From positions 310,001 through 374,000 of the forward strand of contig JAPETS010000001.1 in NCBI GenBank assembly GCA_026023565.1: a stretch of DNA of 64,000 nt. Direction: 5' to 3'. This document shows positions 23,753-36,689 of this stretch, one piece after another. Both the position numbers and the translations under genes were made by a program. The notes under the pieces were generated by a model. The model did no database searches. It worked only from the letters and a program-made list of their open reading frames with translations, and was not told the DNA's origin. The number at the start of each line of letters is the position of its first letter. Within the stretch, counting starts at the first letter, position 1. The stretch is from Cirrosporium novae-zelandiae (lineage: Eukaryota).

Positions 23753-25020
23753 CTACATTATCTAGGTCTTTCTAGGGCTACCCCACAAGGCTCTACTCTA
23801 AAATCGATGAAATTGACATCCCCTTCACCACGTGGGCTCTAAAGACAAAGTGTACCCCGCGTGAAGACTCGAATGGGAAAACCAGATTCTGCTTAGCCTT
23901 CGCCAAGCTAGAAGAAACAGGGTACAAACCTTTGCCCGAAGATGAGACACCGATAGAGTTTATCCTGGAGCTTATTCGGCGGCCGGTCAGTATCGGTGGC
24001 ATAGTAGATGCATCTAAATTCATCTGTGGAAAAGCCACTTCTTGTAAATGCTCATCCCTTGGCATGGTAATATTGCTAGCGAAGACCATGTTCAGCGAGG
24101 TTATATGCGTTTCGACTCTGAAAAACGCGATAACCATAGCTAACTGGTGGAATACAGTTGTGTAAACGGACAAATAGATGTTTACTATAAAGCCCGGTGG
24201 AGAAGATTTTTTTGACCTAATCTAATGCCTTTCTTCAGTCACATATCCATGAAATGCTCTCACCCCATCGCTATATTATCACTATTAAGTCACACACACA
24301 GCAACCCCATAATGGTTTGTGATCCCCTCAACACCGACAAGACAGGATTCGTCCGAATGATGACCCACCTTTCCAAGCATCTTCAAACAACTTTGATGCA
24401 CAAAAATCCTGAATTTGGTTCCGTACGACCCTCATCAAAAAATTCTAGAATATCAATGTATTATATGTTTGTACCCCTCCCCCAATCCCAACCCCAATCC
24501 CAAATCTCACGAGATACACACCGCAAATCCATACCAGGTTAATCAATTCTGTCTCATGCCTTCGAATCCAAAATAACCGGCATATAAGCCATAGCTTTTG
24601 TTAAATAATCATAATCATAAATTGGCGCTCATCAATTGTATCACCGAAAAAGCCAATTAGAGCCCAAAATTCGGGGAACACCTGCGGTTATACTTTCTGT
24701 ACGGGCGGAGGGCCGTACCTTATTACAAAGCACCGCGAGGAGGGCTTGTTTGTTCAGTAAACACAGCCAAACAATATGGGGTAGTAGCAACGCTTTCCAC
24801 ATTACAAAGCCCAAGTTTAATGAGTCAAGGTTAATTTCAACAAGGTATGACTCTGTGTTTGGCCCTTCTCAAGTACTTATAGGGGAGGGAGCTAGCTTGT
24901 TGTCAATTGAAAGTAATAAAAAAATATTTAAAATAAATTTCCTTTCCCTCAAGAAAGGAAAAGAAGAAATTCTTTGATTTTATACATCATTAATTAAAGC
25001 AAATTAGAAAGAAGTGAAAG

Positions 25021-26058
25021 ATGTCTTCTTCTCCCGTTATTACACTTTATGATTTACCCAGTCGAGGTCGCTGTCATTGTTGGACCCCGAATCCATGGAA
25101 GAGTAAGTAAAGCTGCTTGCCTTTTTTTGCAATGGGATCTTTTTACTGAATCCGAGATTTTTTTTTGTAATGAACAGCTAGGCTTGCTTTGAACTACAAG
25201 GAGATTCCGTATAAGACGGAATGGCTTGAATATCCTGAGATTGCGCCCAAGTTTAAGGCATGGTACGTCCGTCCCCTGATCAAATATCATCCATCCCCCA
25301 ACAACAGAAAGATATGCAATAAAGACAGACAAGACTGATGATGATGGAAAAACACACAGGGGCATCCCACCCAGCGAAGGAGGGATGATACCCTACACCA
25401 TCCCCACGGTCCACATCCCCGACTCCAACCCAGAATACATCATGGACTCAAAAGCCATAGCAACGGCCCTAGAAGCAAAATACCCATCCAAGCCACTCCA
25501 TCTTGACTCACCCATCCTGGCAAAGCTAGAGGGCCTCATGCCGAAGCACTATCAAGCTATGATGGCGGTCCTCATTCCAAGGGTGCCGAGGGTGATTCTG
25601 AACGAGGCGAGCATACCGTACTTCGAGGAGACGAGGAAGGAGTGGTATGGGATGTCGTTGGCGGAATTTGAAAAGGTGAAGGGGGGGGAGGACGCTTGGG
25701 TGGCGGGGATGGAGATCTTCAAGGAGATAGCGGCGCTGTTGAATGAGACTAAAGGACCGTATTTTATGGGTGATGAAGGTGCGTTTTTTTCCCACCCCCT
25801 CCTGCCCTTCTACCGCTGGGACTCCATTACTTGGTGGCGCATTTATAACCCCCTTAAGCTATCCTTTTTATTTATTCTTCGAGGGATCGAGGGCCTAATA
25901 GTTCAGCAGTCTCATACGCAGATATCAACCTTGTTGCTATGTTCCAATTTTACAAGTGCGCCGGTGATGATGTTTTCGACCGTCTGATGGCTATCGATGC
26001 TTCATTCCCCGCCCTCTTTAAAGCTGCAGGGCCATGGCTAGAGAGGGACGGCCACTAG
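25021..26058 (+). CDS. Glutathione S-transferase (GST_N_3; etherase-like GSTFuA/UstS type), 4 exons
   Basis: Motifs LYDLPSRG.C.CW.PNPWK, RLALNYK.IPYKTEWLEYPEI, YTIPTV, IMDSKAIA, GPYFMGDE.SYAD and PWLERD. Introns at about 25103-25177, 25263-25339 and 25779-25908. Confidence 0.88.
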
Positions 26059-26638
26059 GTGGCTGGCCGGCAATGACTGATTTCCAGTCGGGGTTTCCCC
26101 AGCCGTTCTTTCAAAGGCATTCCTTAAAAAGGCAGAGAGGCCAGGCATGGGATTTTCTAAGACTATTTATTGTTGGTTATATTTGCTCAATAAAAGTGAT
26201 ATGTGATTTGAATGAAGACAAAGAATTGACTTGATATTCGAGCTTCTGTTAGTAAGAAAGCCGGAGTCGTTTCAGCGTCTCTGGTGTCGTTTGGATGTCT
26301 AGATGTGTTAGCTTGCTGAACTCGAAGAAGCTTACTATTAATAGCCGTAAATTCTTCATAAGCTACATCCTAAAAAGCTATGCGCTCAGGTGATCTCGTG
26401 GATTGAGACTGGGTTAGGTACTGTGCCTGTAATATTAAATCCATATAGGGTTTTTCTAATGATTCTATTGTCTGTGATACTGTTGCTACGGCTAGCTTAC
26501 ATACTAAGGCTATATTGAATGTTTATTAAGCTAGTCAGGTTCTAGATGGACGAATATGTTACGACTATTGGTCATTCATAGCTGAGAAGAAGGGTTGAAA
26601 CTGAGAGAAGCTCAATCAAAGTAGTTTGGCATTTGACG

Positions 26639-26911
26639 TTATTTGAACTTGCAGCTTCTGGTAAATGCCAAACCTATGAGTAGCCCCAACAAGAGAGCCA
26701 TTGCGGTCATTTTAACTGCTATCTTCCTGGCCCAAGAAACCAATTCGATGAGCTCGCCTCTTTCGAGATCCACGACATCCTCTGCTGCGTAATAGGCTCT
26801 AGTGCCAGCGCCTAATTGCCGGAGAAATGCTGCTATTTGAGTAGGATGGCGACAGGCGTGAAGACATGTAGTCCAAGTCTCTCGTTCAAGTTCCATTTCG
26901 TGTCGGGGCAT
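26639..26911 (-). CDS. Possible 90-aa hypothetical protein with a hydrophobic C-terminal segment
   Basis: Intact ATG-started ORF ending MALLLGLLIGLAF plus a basic tail, with a TATAAATA on the minus strand about 90 bp upstream. No recognisable family. Confidence 0.3.
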   Translation of the reverse strand: MPRHEMELERETWTTCLHACRHPTQIAAFLRQLGAGTRAYYAAEDVVDLERGELIELVSWARKIAVKMTAMALLLGLLIGLAFTRSCKFK

Positions 26912-27560
26912 ATCTGGTGCTTATTTATATGTCCACCGAGTTGCAAGAGTAGGGTTGGTAGCTGAGAATGAAAAACAAAAAAAAACTGGTGTCCTGAGGG
27001 GTTATTTATAAAGAATGTATAGCTAGTGTCGGCCTGAGTAGTATATCTTTCAGCCTAAGATAACATCAATTTGTACTAAAAGTTATAAGACAGGTTATGT
27101 CAAGCAAATGGACGTTGCAGATCAGAGTGATAAAGAAAACGTCAAGGAGAGAAAAACTATACCGATAGAAACTTAAATATAAGGACGACCTTTTTTGGAG
27201 TCATACGTTTTGATGATTGTAAAACTAGATGATGATTGATGGTCGCAAAATAATTAAATGAGGTGAATCTTTCAAAGCAGCCTCAGCACTGACAGGAAGA
27301 GGGTCAGTGCAGTGGTAGAGAAGGACGAGATACCTAGTCATACCCCTCACCATGAAAATCCCTCGATGAATAGGTATATTATTGATAATTATGAATATAT
27401 TCTGGCGATGATGTGAGCCTAGAGAGAAAGAAGAAAAAAATACTTTTAACCCATTCCATCCTCTGTTATTTGTCCAGCAATTATCATTGCCTACAGGATA
27501 CACAACTGCTAAAAAAAAAATCAAAATAAGAAATTATTGACTATCGTCAATCAAAGATGA

Positions 27561-27643
27561 CGATCTCGGAGCGATTCGAACGCTCAATCTCTGGTGAGAT
27601 TCTGTACCGAAAACCAGCGCCTTAACCATTAGGCCACGAGACC
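27561..27643 (-). tRNA. tRNA-Arg(TCG) with a 10-nt intron
   Basis: GGTCTCG TG GCCT AATGGTTA AGGC G CTGGT TT-TCG-G [TACAGAATCT] C ACCAG AGATT GAGCG TTCGAAT CGCTC CGAGATC G. All stems pair; the intron at 27597-27606 is at the canonical 37/38 position. Confidence 0.93.
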
Positions 27644-28103
27644 GGGATGTTTCTTGAAGTAGTGATTTGTTGAATGGTTCATATTCAACGCCTAAGGATT
27701 GGCTAAGGAAGATTTCGGTGGCAGTGGGACGGAAATGTCAATGCCGATTTCGCCCCCTTAGATCTTTAGCCGACGGTTGAGAGTAGAATTATGATAGGAA
27801 GTTGAATTCAGCTTTTGTTTTTGTTATTAGAACAAAAAGGCACGCTTCATCGGAGCTATAGACTATAGTTTCAATTACGGTATGATCCATGTTGAAGAGA
27901 ATATTGTATAATAATATACAATTGACAAGTATTGGAGACAAAGTAGAATTTATATCTATCCCTTCATTTATAACCCTAAACATGAGATATCACAGATATA
28001 TATATATATAGTCTTGTCTTTCCAATGAGTTGTATGACCTTAAACACCAACGCTATGCCTCCCAGCCATCAGGGTCTCCCTGATTCAACCCAACTCGTAC
28101 CTA

Positions 28104-30965
28104 TCAATCACTTGGATTTCCTAAACCCACTCCCCTCCTCCGTCCTTCAATCACCGCATCTAAACACTTTCCTACAGCTTCTAGGTCCCCCAAAAGTGAG
28201 ACATGTCCTCTCTGGCTGGCTACTTTCCCTCCCCTAACCACTCGATAGCCTTTCGGGACCATTGCTTCTCGAGCAAGAGTGACCCCATCTCCACTCGCGA
28301 ATGCTAGATCATCGTATGCGTCTGCTCGCTTGATGCCATCTCTTCCGTTTATTTTGGCACCGTAGACTGTAGGGATGGACTTTCCATAGAGGACGGCAAT
28401 AGGAGGGTATATATTTGCCTCCTCATGAGAAGGGTTGAAATTCAATTCGCGTTTGAATTGAGACACGTCCTTAAGGGTACGTCTGAGAAATTCCATGGCC
28501 TTGTTATGAGGAATTGTACAATGAGTGGCGACAGATGAAGCTTGGCTTCGGTTTCGTTGAGCAGGATTATCTGAATTCATCTGTGGCGCTATAGCATGAG
28601 GACCTGCTCCAGAGACATTTGCTGCTTTATCAGCGGCGGCTTCAGCACGTTCTTCCATGGTACGAGTAGGTGATCGAATAGGAGAATCCTTGCTGGAAAT
28701 AGAAGACTTTCGGCCTAGGTTTGTGACAGCAGTCATGAGGCTTTTACGGCGTTCATGGACAATAGGAGGGTGTGGTGGGTTTGCACAAGGAGAGAGACAG
28801 TATTTGACCCAGTTATCCGGATTGAAGAAGTCAACGGGGTATTCTTCTTTTGTTCTTTTGTCGATGAAGCAACGTCCATCTTCTGGGAGTAAAAGAAAAC
28901 TCGTACGCATGCTAAAGTTTACTTGGGCTGTTAAAACGCGAGAGCTCAAAAGTACATCATCTCCATTTCGGAAAGGTCCAAGAATGTTGACAGCTGCTTG
29001 TGGAGTTCCGGCATAAATAACACCTGCGAAGAGCTCTGGCCTCTGGTTGATGGCATGTCTTGTGATGAGTCCTCCCAAACTGTGAGCTATCACAACGGCA
29101 CCTCTCTCATTAGGAGGGACACCGGACCGATTGGACTCCAGTTTTTCCAAAAAGGCGATCAACTTTCGACTCAATAGATGGGGACTCAATCGCCAATCAT
29201 ACCCCCAATCGAACACTCGAAGCTTCCCCGTACGGGCATTGTCACATTTGCGCATCCTCTTAAGAAGTCGACGAGAGATGTCGACCGGGCCAATATGGGT
29301 CAACATCCCCGAAGGAATAATTGTTTCTTCCATATTTTCTTCATCTTCCGGATTAAGGCCCACTTCGAGGTTGACTCTCCGTATGCTTAATCCAACTTTA
29401 ATGGGAATCCATAGTTGACGATTGGGAGGTTTTGCAGAACGAAGTATAGAGCCTCTATAACCACCCATTATAACCACATCCCCGGTCAAATTCTCTAATG
29501 CACGATGTAGTGAAGGATGAGTTCCTCTATCAGGTATAAATTCTGCGTGAGCATAACCTGGAGGATAAGATGGGTTGCCAGACACATCCCTTTGATAGAT
29601 AGGATCTGTATTTGTTGGCCTTATTGATGATTCCCTTTTTGCCGTAAGTGAAAGACCAGAATTCGATCGATTTCTATTCGGGTCACTTGATGATCTAGTA
29701 ATTGTGAAATCAGGTCTAAATACCTGCAAAGCTTGCAAGTTAACCTTGGGCATACTTGGCATACTTGGCATACTTGGCATACTCGGTAGGCGTATACTTG
29801 AATCTTGAAAACTATCCAAAACTGCTTTAAAACGACTGTTGACTTGATCTTGTACATTTTCATATTTACTTTCGCCTCCTAGAGTAGACGCCCCCGGGGA
29901 GACTGAGCGATGCAGGAATAATGAATTATCAGATGTTGAACGCCTCAACATCTTTGGCCGAATATCAGAGGCCTTAGATGATTTGGTAATATGAGTATAT
30001 CTAGGATCTTCATATAATTCCTGCAGACTTGCCGGAGCTTCATCATCTTCGGTGGGGCAATCCGTAGAGGAAAATTCTGGAAAAGGTTGTGGCTCTGGAC
30101 TCGAGTCATTCCCAAAATCTTGTACATGAGAATTTTTACCCTTTTCTTTAACCGTCGAACTGGGAGGTACGTCTAGAGTTTTACTGAGACTGTGGTTGCT
30201 TCTGTAACCCTGGTTTGATCGGCTTTGTGCTTGACCGTCCTTTGTAGTCGTATGAATCATCCCAAAAGAAGACATGGATCCAAAAGAAGATATGCGAGGG
30301 AATTGTATTCCTGAAAAGTTTGGACTCTTGGGCAGTGTCCAATGAGGAATATACTTCTGATACTTCTTAAAGTTGAATTCTAGAGGGCTATCGGAAGCTC
30401 TCCTCCTTCTATTTTGCCCGTTCCCTCTAAGTATAGCCTTGCTAGCTTCAGATCGTTGAACGGGCTCTGGCCTTGCTCGCCATGGAGATGGTGGTGATAA
30501 ACTCGTCTGTTTTTGTGATTCACTGGGAGTTGCACTCTTGTCTCTTTCCTTGCCTGTACTATTATTTCCTATCGTCACGCTATTGCTATCGTCCTGGCTT
30601 GTATTCGTTGTGTCCTCTTCATCATCCTTATATTCCTCGAAAAATCCGCTCTTCCTCGAGTCCTCCATGGCTGCAGCCTTTTCCGCCGCCGGTGTCATTG
30701 GCGATGCAAGGCGCTTTTGGGCATATCCGATACTGAAACCAACGGTATTCCGAGCATCTTCTTCAGGGACTGTCTCTGGGGCATCTTCTCTTTCTGATAT
30801 ATCACTCTCTGAAGTTGAATTGGTAGCAGGGGATCTTTCCGCAAGTAATGATCGATAATTGTTTCCATCAAAATCAACAAATAGATTGGGTGTTACATCA
30901 AGATTTGTATTCTTGGAGCTCCCTACTACCGGTACTCGAGGCTCATGTTCTGGCTGTGTTGCCAT
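28104..30965 (-). CDS. LCAT/PGAP1-like alpha/beta hydrolase with a long disordered N-terminus (YJR098C-like)
   Basis: Single-exon 953-aa ORF with VVIMGGYRGSILR, GYDWRLS, IAHSLGG (nucleophile elbow), GDGV and GH. Confidence 0.85.
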   Translation of the reverse strand: MATQPEHEPRVPVVGSSKNTNLDVTPNLFVDFDGNNYRSLLAERSPATNSTSESDISEREDAPETVPEEDARNTVGFSIGYAQKRLASPMTPAAEKAAAMEDSRKSGFFEEYKDDEEDTTNTSQDDSNSVTIGNNSTGKERDKSATPSESQKQTSLSPPSPWRARPEPVQRSEASKAILRGNGQNRRRRASDSPLEFNFKKYQKYIPHWTLPKSPNFSGIQFPRISSFGSMSSFGMIHTTTKDGQAQSRSNQGYRSNHSLSKTLDVPPSSTVKEKGKNSHVQDFGNDSSPEPQPFPEFSSTDCPTEDDEAPASLQELYEDPRYTHITKSSKASDIRPKMLRRSTSDNSLFLHRSVSPGASTLGGESKYENVQDQVNSRFKAVLDSFQDSSIRLPSMPSMPSMPSMPKVNLQALQVFRPDFTITRSSSDPNRNRSNSGLSLTAKRESSIRPTNTDPIYQRDVSGNPSYPPGYAHAEFIPDRGTHPSLHRALENLTGDVVIMGGYRGSILRSAKPPNRQLWIPIKVGLSIRRVNLEVGLNPEDEENMEETIIPSGMLTHIGPVDISRRLLKRMRKCDNARTGKLRVFDWGYDWRLSPHLLSRKLIAFLEKLESNRSGVPPNERGAVVIAHSLGGLITRHAINQRPELFAGVIYAGTPQAAVNILGPFRNGDDVLLSSRVLTAQVNFSMRTSFLLLPEDGRCFIDKRTKEEYPVDFFNPDNWVKYCLSPCANPPHPPIVHERRKSLMTAVTNLGRKSSISSKDSPIRSPTRTMEERAEAAADKAANVSGAGPHAIAPQMNSDNPAQRNRSQASSVATHCTIPHNKAMEFLRRTLKDVSQFKRELNFNPSHEEANIYPPIAVLYGKSIPTVYGAKINGRDGIKRADAYDDLAFASGDGVTLAREAMVPKGYRVVRGGKVASQRGHVSLLGDLEAVGKCLDAVIEGRRRGVGLGNPSD

Positions 30966-32642
30966 AATGTCTAGCTATCGTAGCTTGTTAGCCTAAAGAG
31001 TTGTACGAGCAGAGGATATTCGACGGATCTGAGCAGTTGCGTCAGCTTCACGATGGTGGGTTGATGGTTTGTCGGTTTAGTGGTTTGTTCAAGGTAAGAC
31101 CATCAGATAAAGAGAACAGTCTCATTGTTCTAAACAACCACAAAGTTTCAGTTAGTATCATGCTCTTCTCCAGATTATATTTAATAAAAAAAGAAAAAAA
31201 GTAGATCTAGAGAACAAGAATTCAAGGTGGGTAAAGAAGGAAGGTAGACGGGAGTGGCCTGTGCCGGTAAAGCCGAATCGCAAAGACTTCCTAACTTGTG
31301 AAAGTTGATAATGGAATAAAATTTCGGTCTGTTGCCGAAGTTAATAGGCTAGAAAAGTACTAGGTGACTAGTTAATCGCGTCTGTCTGTATATCATAATA
31401 GCTAGAGAAGATTTAAAGGATTTGATGGTATCCTTTGTTTAGATTCATTTGGCTGAGTGAATGAAAGGACCAAAACTTGAATTGAAAAAAGAGTTGGTTT
31501 CGCCCGTTTCAGCTGGATGATACGAAGGGAGGTCGTGACTCGTTCTAGGATGTCCAGGGGTGTCAGGTCATTATGTCATTCTCATATTGATTCAATCTTT
31601 CCCCACAACCTAAATTGTCCAACAATTGGCCAACAATTGACAACTTGAACCTTATGAACCATCAGTAATCTTACCATCATTACAGGTATCTAATTAGACC
31701 AATACTTGTGCAACATCACATGAATCGGCCCATGATAATCACTTCTTTGGTACTTTGGTACTTGAATGGGAATTTGAGCATTTGGAAAATTTGGAAAGGA
31801 TTTACTGTACCTCACTCCTATATGAATAACCCTGTGAAGGATTGAACCCCACTGGATAGTTCAGCCTCATGGTGAGTGAGCCCTGACAATGCAGAGTTGA
31901 GGGATCGACTGTAGATCAAATATCCACAAGGCTATTCTCTACAATACAATACAACTGTACCCTTCAGCTCCTAGATAAATTTATATCTTATGGGAGATAC
32001 TGAACCCATCTCAATTAGCCTATGTTGCTATGGTTGGACAATAGCCACCAGCCGGGATGAGAAAAAAAATGGGGATTTGGGTATCTTTTCCTCCACTAAA
32101 CCCATGACAGGCTCATAAAACTTCCTTCATCACAGATCTACAACCCATAAGGCTGTTCCTTTCCCCGGATTAGAATAGCGGTGGCTTATGCGCCTCGGCC
32201 GTTTTTGAATTCGTTAGATTTATCCCTATTTTATTAATTATTGACTCTATTGATATGTAACTGTCCCTTCCTTTTTTAGCAGATATCCCACATGTGCAAA
32301 GCCTAGGTGGTGATCCTCATAGTTCCTGCTAAATTCTAGAGGAAGAAGCTATGGCTGACTACCTACCTGCCTTTGGTGTTATTGGCTTGCTGAACTCTCC
32401 TATGGTAGCACCGACTTGATATGAATCACAGTGCCTTTCTCAGCCTTCTCCTACCAAATAGAAAATCACCTGCAGTGCCAAATAAATATCACGCCAGATC
32501 CCTTCTCAGCTTCTGTCAGTCTTTTGCTATTAAGAAACACATCTTCTCTCTATGAAACACCTTGATCTCTTCGTCTCTGTTTATTGAAGACCTCTCAATA
32601 ACTTCAATCACTTGACACTTCAAATTTCTGAATTTCGGCAAG

Positions 32643-34249
32643 ATGCCTCTAAGAATACCTTCTCCTAGTCCAGTACGGGCACGGCCAGATTTCCCAAAGA
32701 AAAAACTCATCGTCTGCTGTGATGGTACTTGGCTAAATAGTGACAACAGCTTTGTGAAAGACACCATTCTTCCTTGGGATAACAATGGTCACCTTGAGCA
32801 TTCATCCAATGTCTCCAAGTTTTGCCGTTCAGTTGACGAGCTCAGTGCTGACGGAACCATGTCTCAAATAACTTACTATCAGTCGGGAATCGGCTCATCG
32901 TCTGACTTGATAGATCATATTTGGGGTGGAACCACTGGTGCTGGGCTTTCAGAACATATCCGGGAAGCCTATTCATTTCTTGCTGATAATTGGTCTCCTG
33001 GGGATGAAATATATTTGATAGGTTTCTCTCGAGGGGCCTTCACGGCCCGGAGCATCGCTGCTTTTATTGAGGCCGTCGGATTGTTGACTCCCATGGGAAT
33101 GCTTTCATTCTATCCGGTGTTTGACGACTGGGTGCATCAGGAAATGACCAATTATAAATCACCATTTCCGGATTTACCATTCTCTGACAGGCCATGTGTA
33201 AAGGACACAACGTATATGCAGACCCTCAGTGATGTAAGTCGAGTCTTAATGTGATTTTGTCAGGCATGGCTGACTATCTCTTAGCTTGGTCTCTCTAGAC
33301 CAAATATCCCAATAAAAGCCATTGGAGTCTTTGATACGGTTGGCGCACTTGGAATTCCATCATTGGGCATTTTTCCTCAACGTGTGTCTAAGGATTATGT
33401 TTTCGTCAACCAGAAAGTACCAAGCAATGTCGAATATGCGTTTCAAGCCCTTGCTCTTGATGAGTTTCGTCGGCCATTCTCTCCATCGCTTTGGCATGTA
33501 CCCGAGGGGGAGCCTGGACCAAAGACGTTGAAACAAGTCTGGTTCCCAGGTGTCCATACCGATGTAGGTGGTGGGTACGAAGATACTGGAATTTCGGATA
33601 TCACGTTGGCATGGATGATGTCTCAACTAGAACCTTTTATCAAATTTCATACACGATATCTTCTCTGGCAGAATGAGATGAACGAGCAACATTATGGGGG
33701 TCGCAGACCATGGAGTTTCGGTAAGAATTTTCCTTTAATTGATGAACGATTCAAATGCCTTAACTGACTCGATATCTCCAAGGTGATTTGCATAACAGCA
33801 TGAGAGGATTTTACTACTTCGCTGGCGCACAAGTCCGCACTCCAGACAACTACCGAATCACGAGCAACAAATCCCGTCTTCCCAGTCGCAAACCACTCCA
33901 AAATACCAATGAAAGTATCCATGCTTCAGTGCGTATTCGTACAGGTTTAAAAGGACCAGGACTCGAGGGGAAAGGGGAATATAACTGCAGGGCGTTGAAG
34001 GGATGGCAACCCAAGCGGGAGCGTTCTAGCGGCAAGCAAGGTGGAGATGGCGAAATTGGACAAGTTCACCTAGCACAGAATCAAATTAAATGGACATCGC
34101 TCAGCTCCAAGATCCCGAAAGAAATGCCAGAAGACTTGCTTGGAGAGATTGAACTACAACTTTTGATGAAGAGCCCGGACGTATGGGAGAAGTTTACGCA
34201 GATCGGAATCCACGAGGACTCCAAATTGTCACTGATGGACAGTTTCTGA
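32643..34249 (+). CDS. DUF2235 (Tle1-like phospholipase) alpha/beta hydrolase, 3 exons
   Basis: Motifs KKLIVCCDGTW, SNV, YYQSGIG, GDEIYLIGFSRGAFTAR, GVFDTVGALG, QALALDE.R..F and QVWFPGVH.DVGGG. Introns at about 33234-33284 and 33721-33783. Confidence 0.9.
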
Positions 34250-35403
34250 TGGTGGAATTTTTGGGTTGCACCTGGACATTGCATTGTTTTAAGACATGGA
34301 GTGATGGGATATGGTCGAGGATGCATTGTTACTGGCGCGTTGGGTTGGTGGTTCGGAAGCTGGTTCAAAATACTTTTCGCATGCTTTGATTGCTTTGGTC
34401 TCATATACCGTCTAGATAACTAGTCAGGTTGTTAGACGGGATAGAACATAGATTAGTCTAGCTAATGTAGAATTCCATTTTGAAGAATTCTGTGTATCTC
34501 TATGACGTTTGTAATTTTTCGGACTTTGGGGGCTCCTCTGGTCCACCTTGGGGGCGATGCTCGCACACGGTTCATTAAGGGATCGATGCTCTAGGGTGGG
34601 TACTCGAGTAGACCTATTTTCCTATTTTCAGCTTTTTCAGCAATTCGCACCCACTTCTCCTTCTAGACTATGGTACTATGTAAGCGTAACGTTCCTCTTG
34701 AGGCTTACGCCAGTAACCTAACAACACAGCTAAGGCCAACATCAGATCCTTTCGGCATTGCTTGATTCCCGCTACCAATCACCATCATGTATGATATCCT
34801 CTAAGCTGGAAACCTTGATAAGTTTTGATCAAGCTATTGATTTATTGGTCAGAATTGATGCTTGAGAGTTCAACTCTTTTGACAAGGTATAATAAATCAT
34901 CTTACTGCCATGAAAAGCTGAGTGCGACTTTGCCCAGTTTTGCCCAGCCCTGGGCGGTAAGAAAGAGTGGATTTTCCCGCTACCCTTCTGTGCCTTGCTG
35001 CGTGTCGCGCCTCGGAATGCGCGATACATGATACATGATACAATACCTACTTTCATCAATCAGTCTCTTTCTCATAATAATAATACAGTAATACCCTAGC
35101 GTAACGGCTCTCTTTTCTCTTTTCAGGCCTGAGGCTTATATTTCCCCCGAAAGAGCAACTCATTTCATTTGCAGCCGTTCCCCATCTGCCTCCACTTACC
35201 CCAACCCCTCCAAAGCCTGAAGGTCATCTTGTCGTTCTTTACCGTTGAACCCTCCATCCATCTTTTCCATACTTCCCATTTCTCATTTCCCGTTCCTATT
35301 TCTATCCCGTTCGCTTAATCTGTTCGCACCGCATTTACAACTCATCATCTTAATAGCTAGACGGAATTCTTGTGACATTCAGATGCTCCCATAGTCACGA
35401 CTC

Positions 35404-36367
35404 ATGAATTCGTCACACCGGTGGCAGACTCGGCGAACGATTGTCGACCTGTACAATGAAAGAGAACAAGTATCATGGCTCTGGATAATATCTGCGATGC
35501 TATCGTCGGGTACTATAGTATTAGGGTAAATTGTCCATGGTGATAAAAAAAACAAGCAACTAATTTTGAAAGCTTCGTTCTCTTTCCTTATACCTACTTT
35601 GATCAACATTCAGACCTCAGATCCAGCCAGACAAGTTTAACGGTGACCTCAATATGCTTGCTTTGCATCGGTTATGCCACATCGATCGCTTTGATTATTG
35701 TTTGTAGGAGTTGGATATTCCATCTGAATAATGTTTTCCTGTGAGCCTGAATGTTCCTTGCGACCTGTAAATACTTGCGGCTGACCATTTTTACAACAGA
35801 CCGTGTCTTGGGTCTTGCGCTTTGGGTTTGATTAATACCTTGATAAGCCTTGGAATTCAAATATCGCAACCGTGGAATGCGCTAAATATTACTGCCCTGG
35901 GATTATCTGCCATATCGACAATAGCATATACCTTAGCCTCGGCATATACGTATCGACGAATATCAACTGTCCGTAATCTGGATGGTCACCGGCTTCGACA
36001 ATCTACATCTGATGAGGACAGAGCTGTTTTACTTCCCGAAGACGAATTACAGCGCCAACAACTATTGCGTCTGCTACTAAAACGAGATTCAGACCGAGCT
36101 CCAAGTCCTGAAGTTAATAAAAATACCTTTCGCATTGATCTACCCACTCCTAGCTCTTCATATAGTCGTGTCCAAGGCTATCTGGCTGCTCCGTTTCAAA
36201 ATGAAATGCGATCTACATCAGGTTCATCTACCCAGCCAGGCCTATTCCAGTGGACTACAGAAGCTCGAGAATATTACCAACCATCAAGTCGAGATTTTAC
36301 TTTTCAAGACATTGAGATGGATGAGAGACGAGGTTATCATGTTCGGGCCAACAGCAATCGTGTTTAA
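35404..36367 (+). CDS. Hypothetical fungal multi-pass membrane protein (3 exons)
   Basis: ATG at 35404 starts MNSSHRWQ...WLWIISAMLSSGTIVLG. Two plausible GT-AG introns link several hydrophobic segments to the tail LLPEDELQRQQLLRLLL...SPEVNKNTFRIDLP. Confidence 0.6.
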
Positions 36368-36689
36368 TACCTAATACTACAGTGCAGCGTTAAAAGGGCT
36401 TGGAAAATGTACGCATGAGCGATGGATAGGACTGCCTTATAATGTATATATATATGATGTACGACTTGGTTTGCGGGTTAAATGTTAGGATTTGTTGAAT
36501 GATATACACCACTGTTTGCAAGAGGCGTTCAAGTCGGATTTTTACTATGGTCGAATCTCATGCTGGACCATCCGGCTGTATACCTTCACATGAAATGTTG
36601 GTGGAGTGGCCAGAACCGTGACGAGGTAAATGGGCAGCCACTCAAGCTTATCGTCACACCGAGAACCCATCAAGAACTCTGATTCCCCT

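Noticed and set aside
31850..31920. tRNA-like A/B-box words (TAGTTCAG...TGGT...GGATCGA)
   Set aside because: Acceptor, anticodon and T stems could not be paired.
32643..34249. DUF2235 gene as evidence of a bacterial T6SS or contamination
   Set aside because: It has spliceosomal introns, the family is widespread in fungi and no T6SS genes are nearby.
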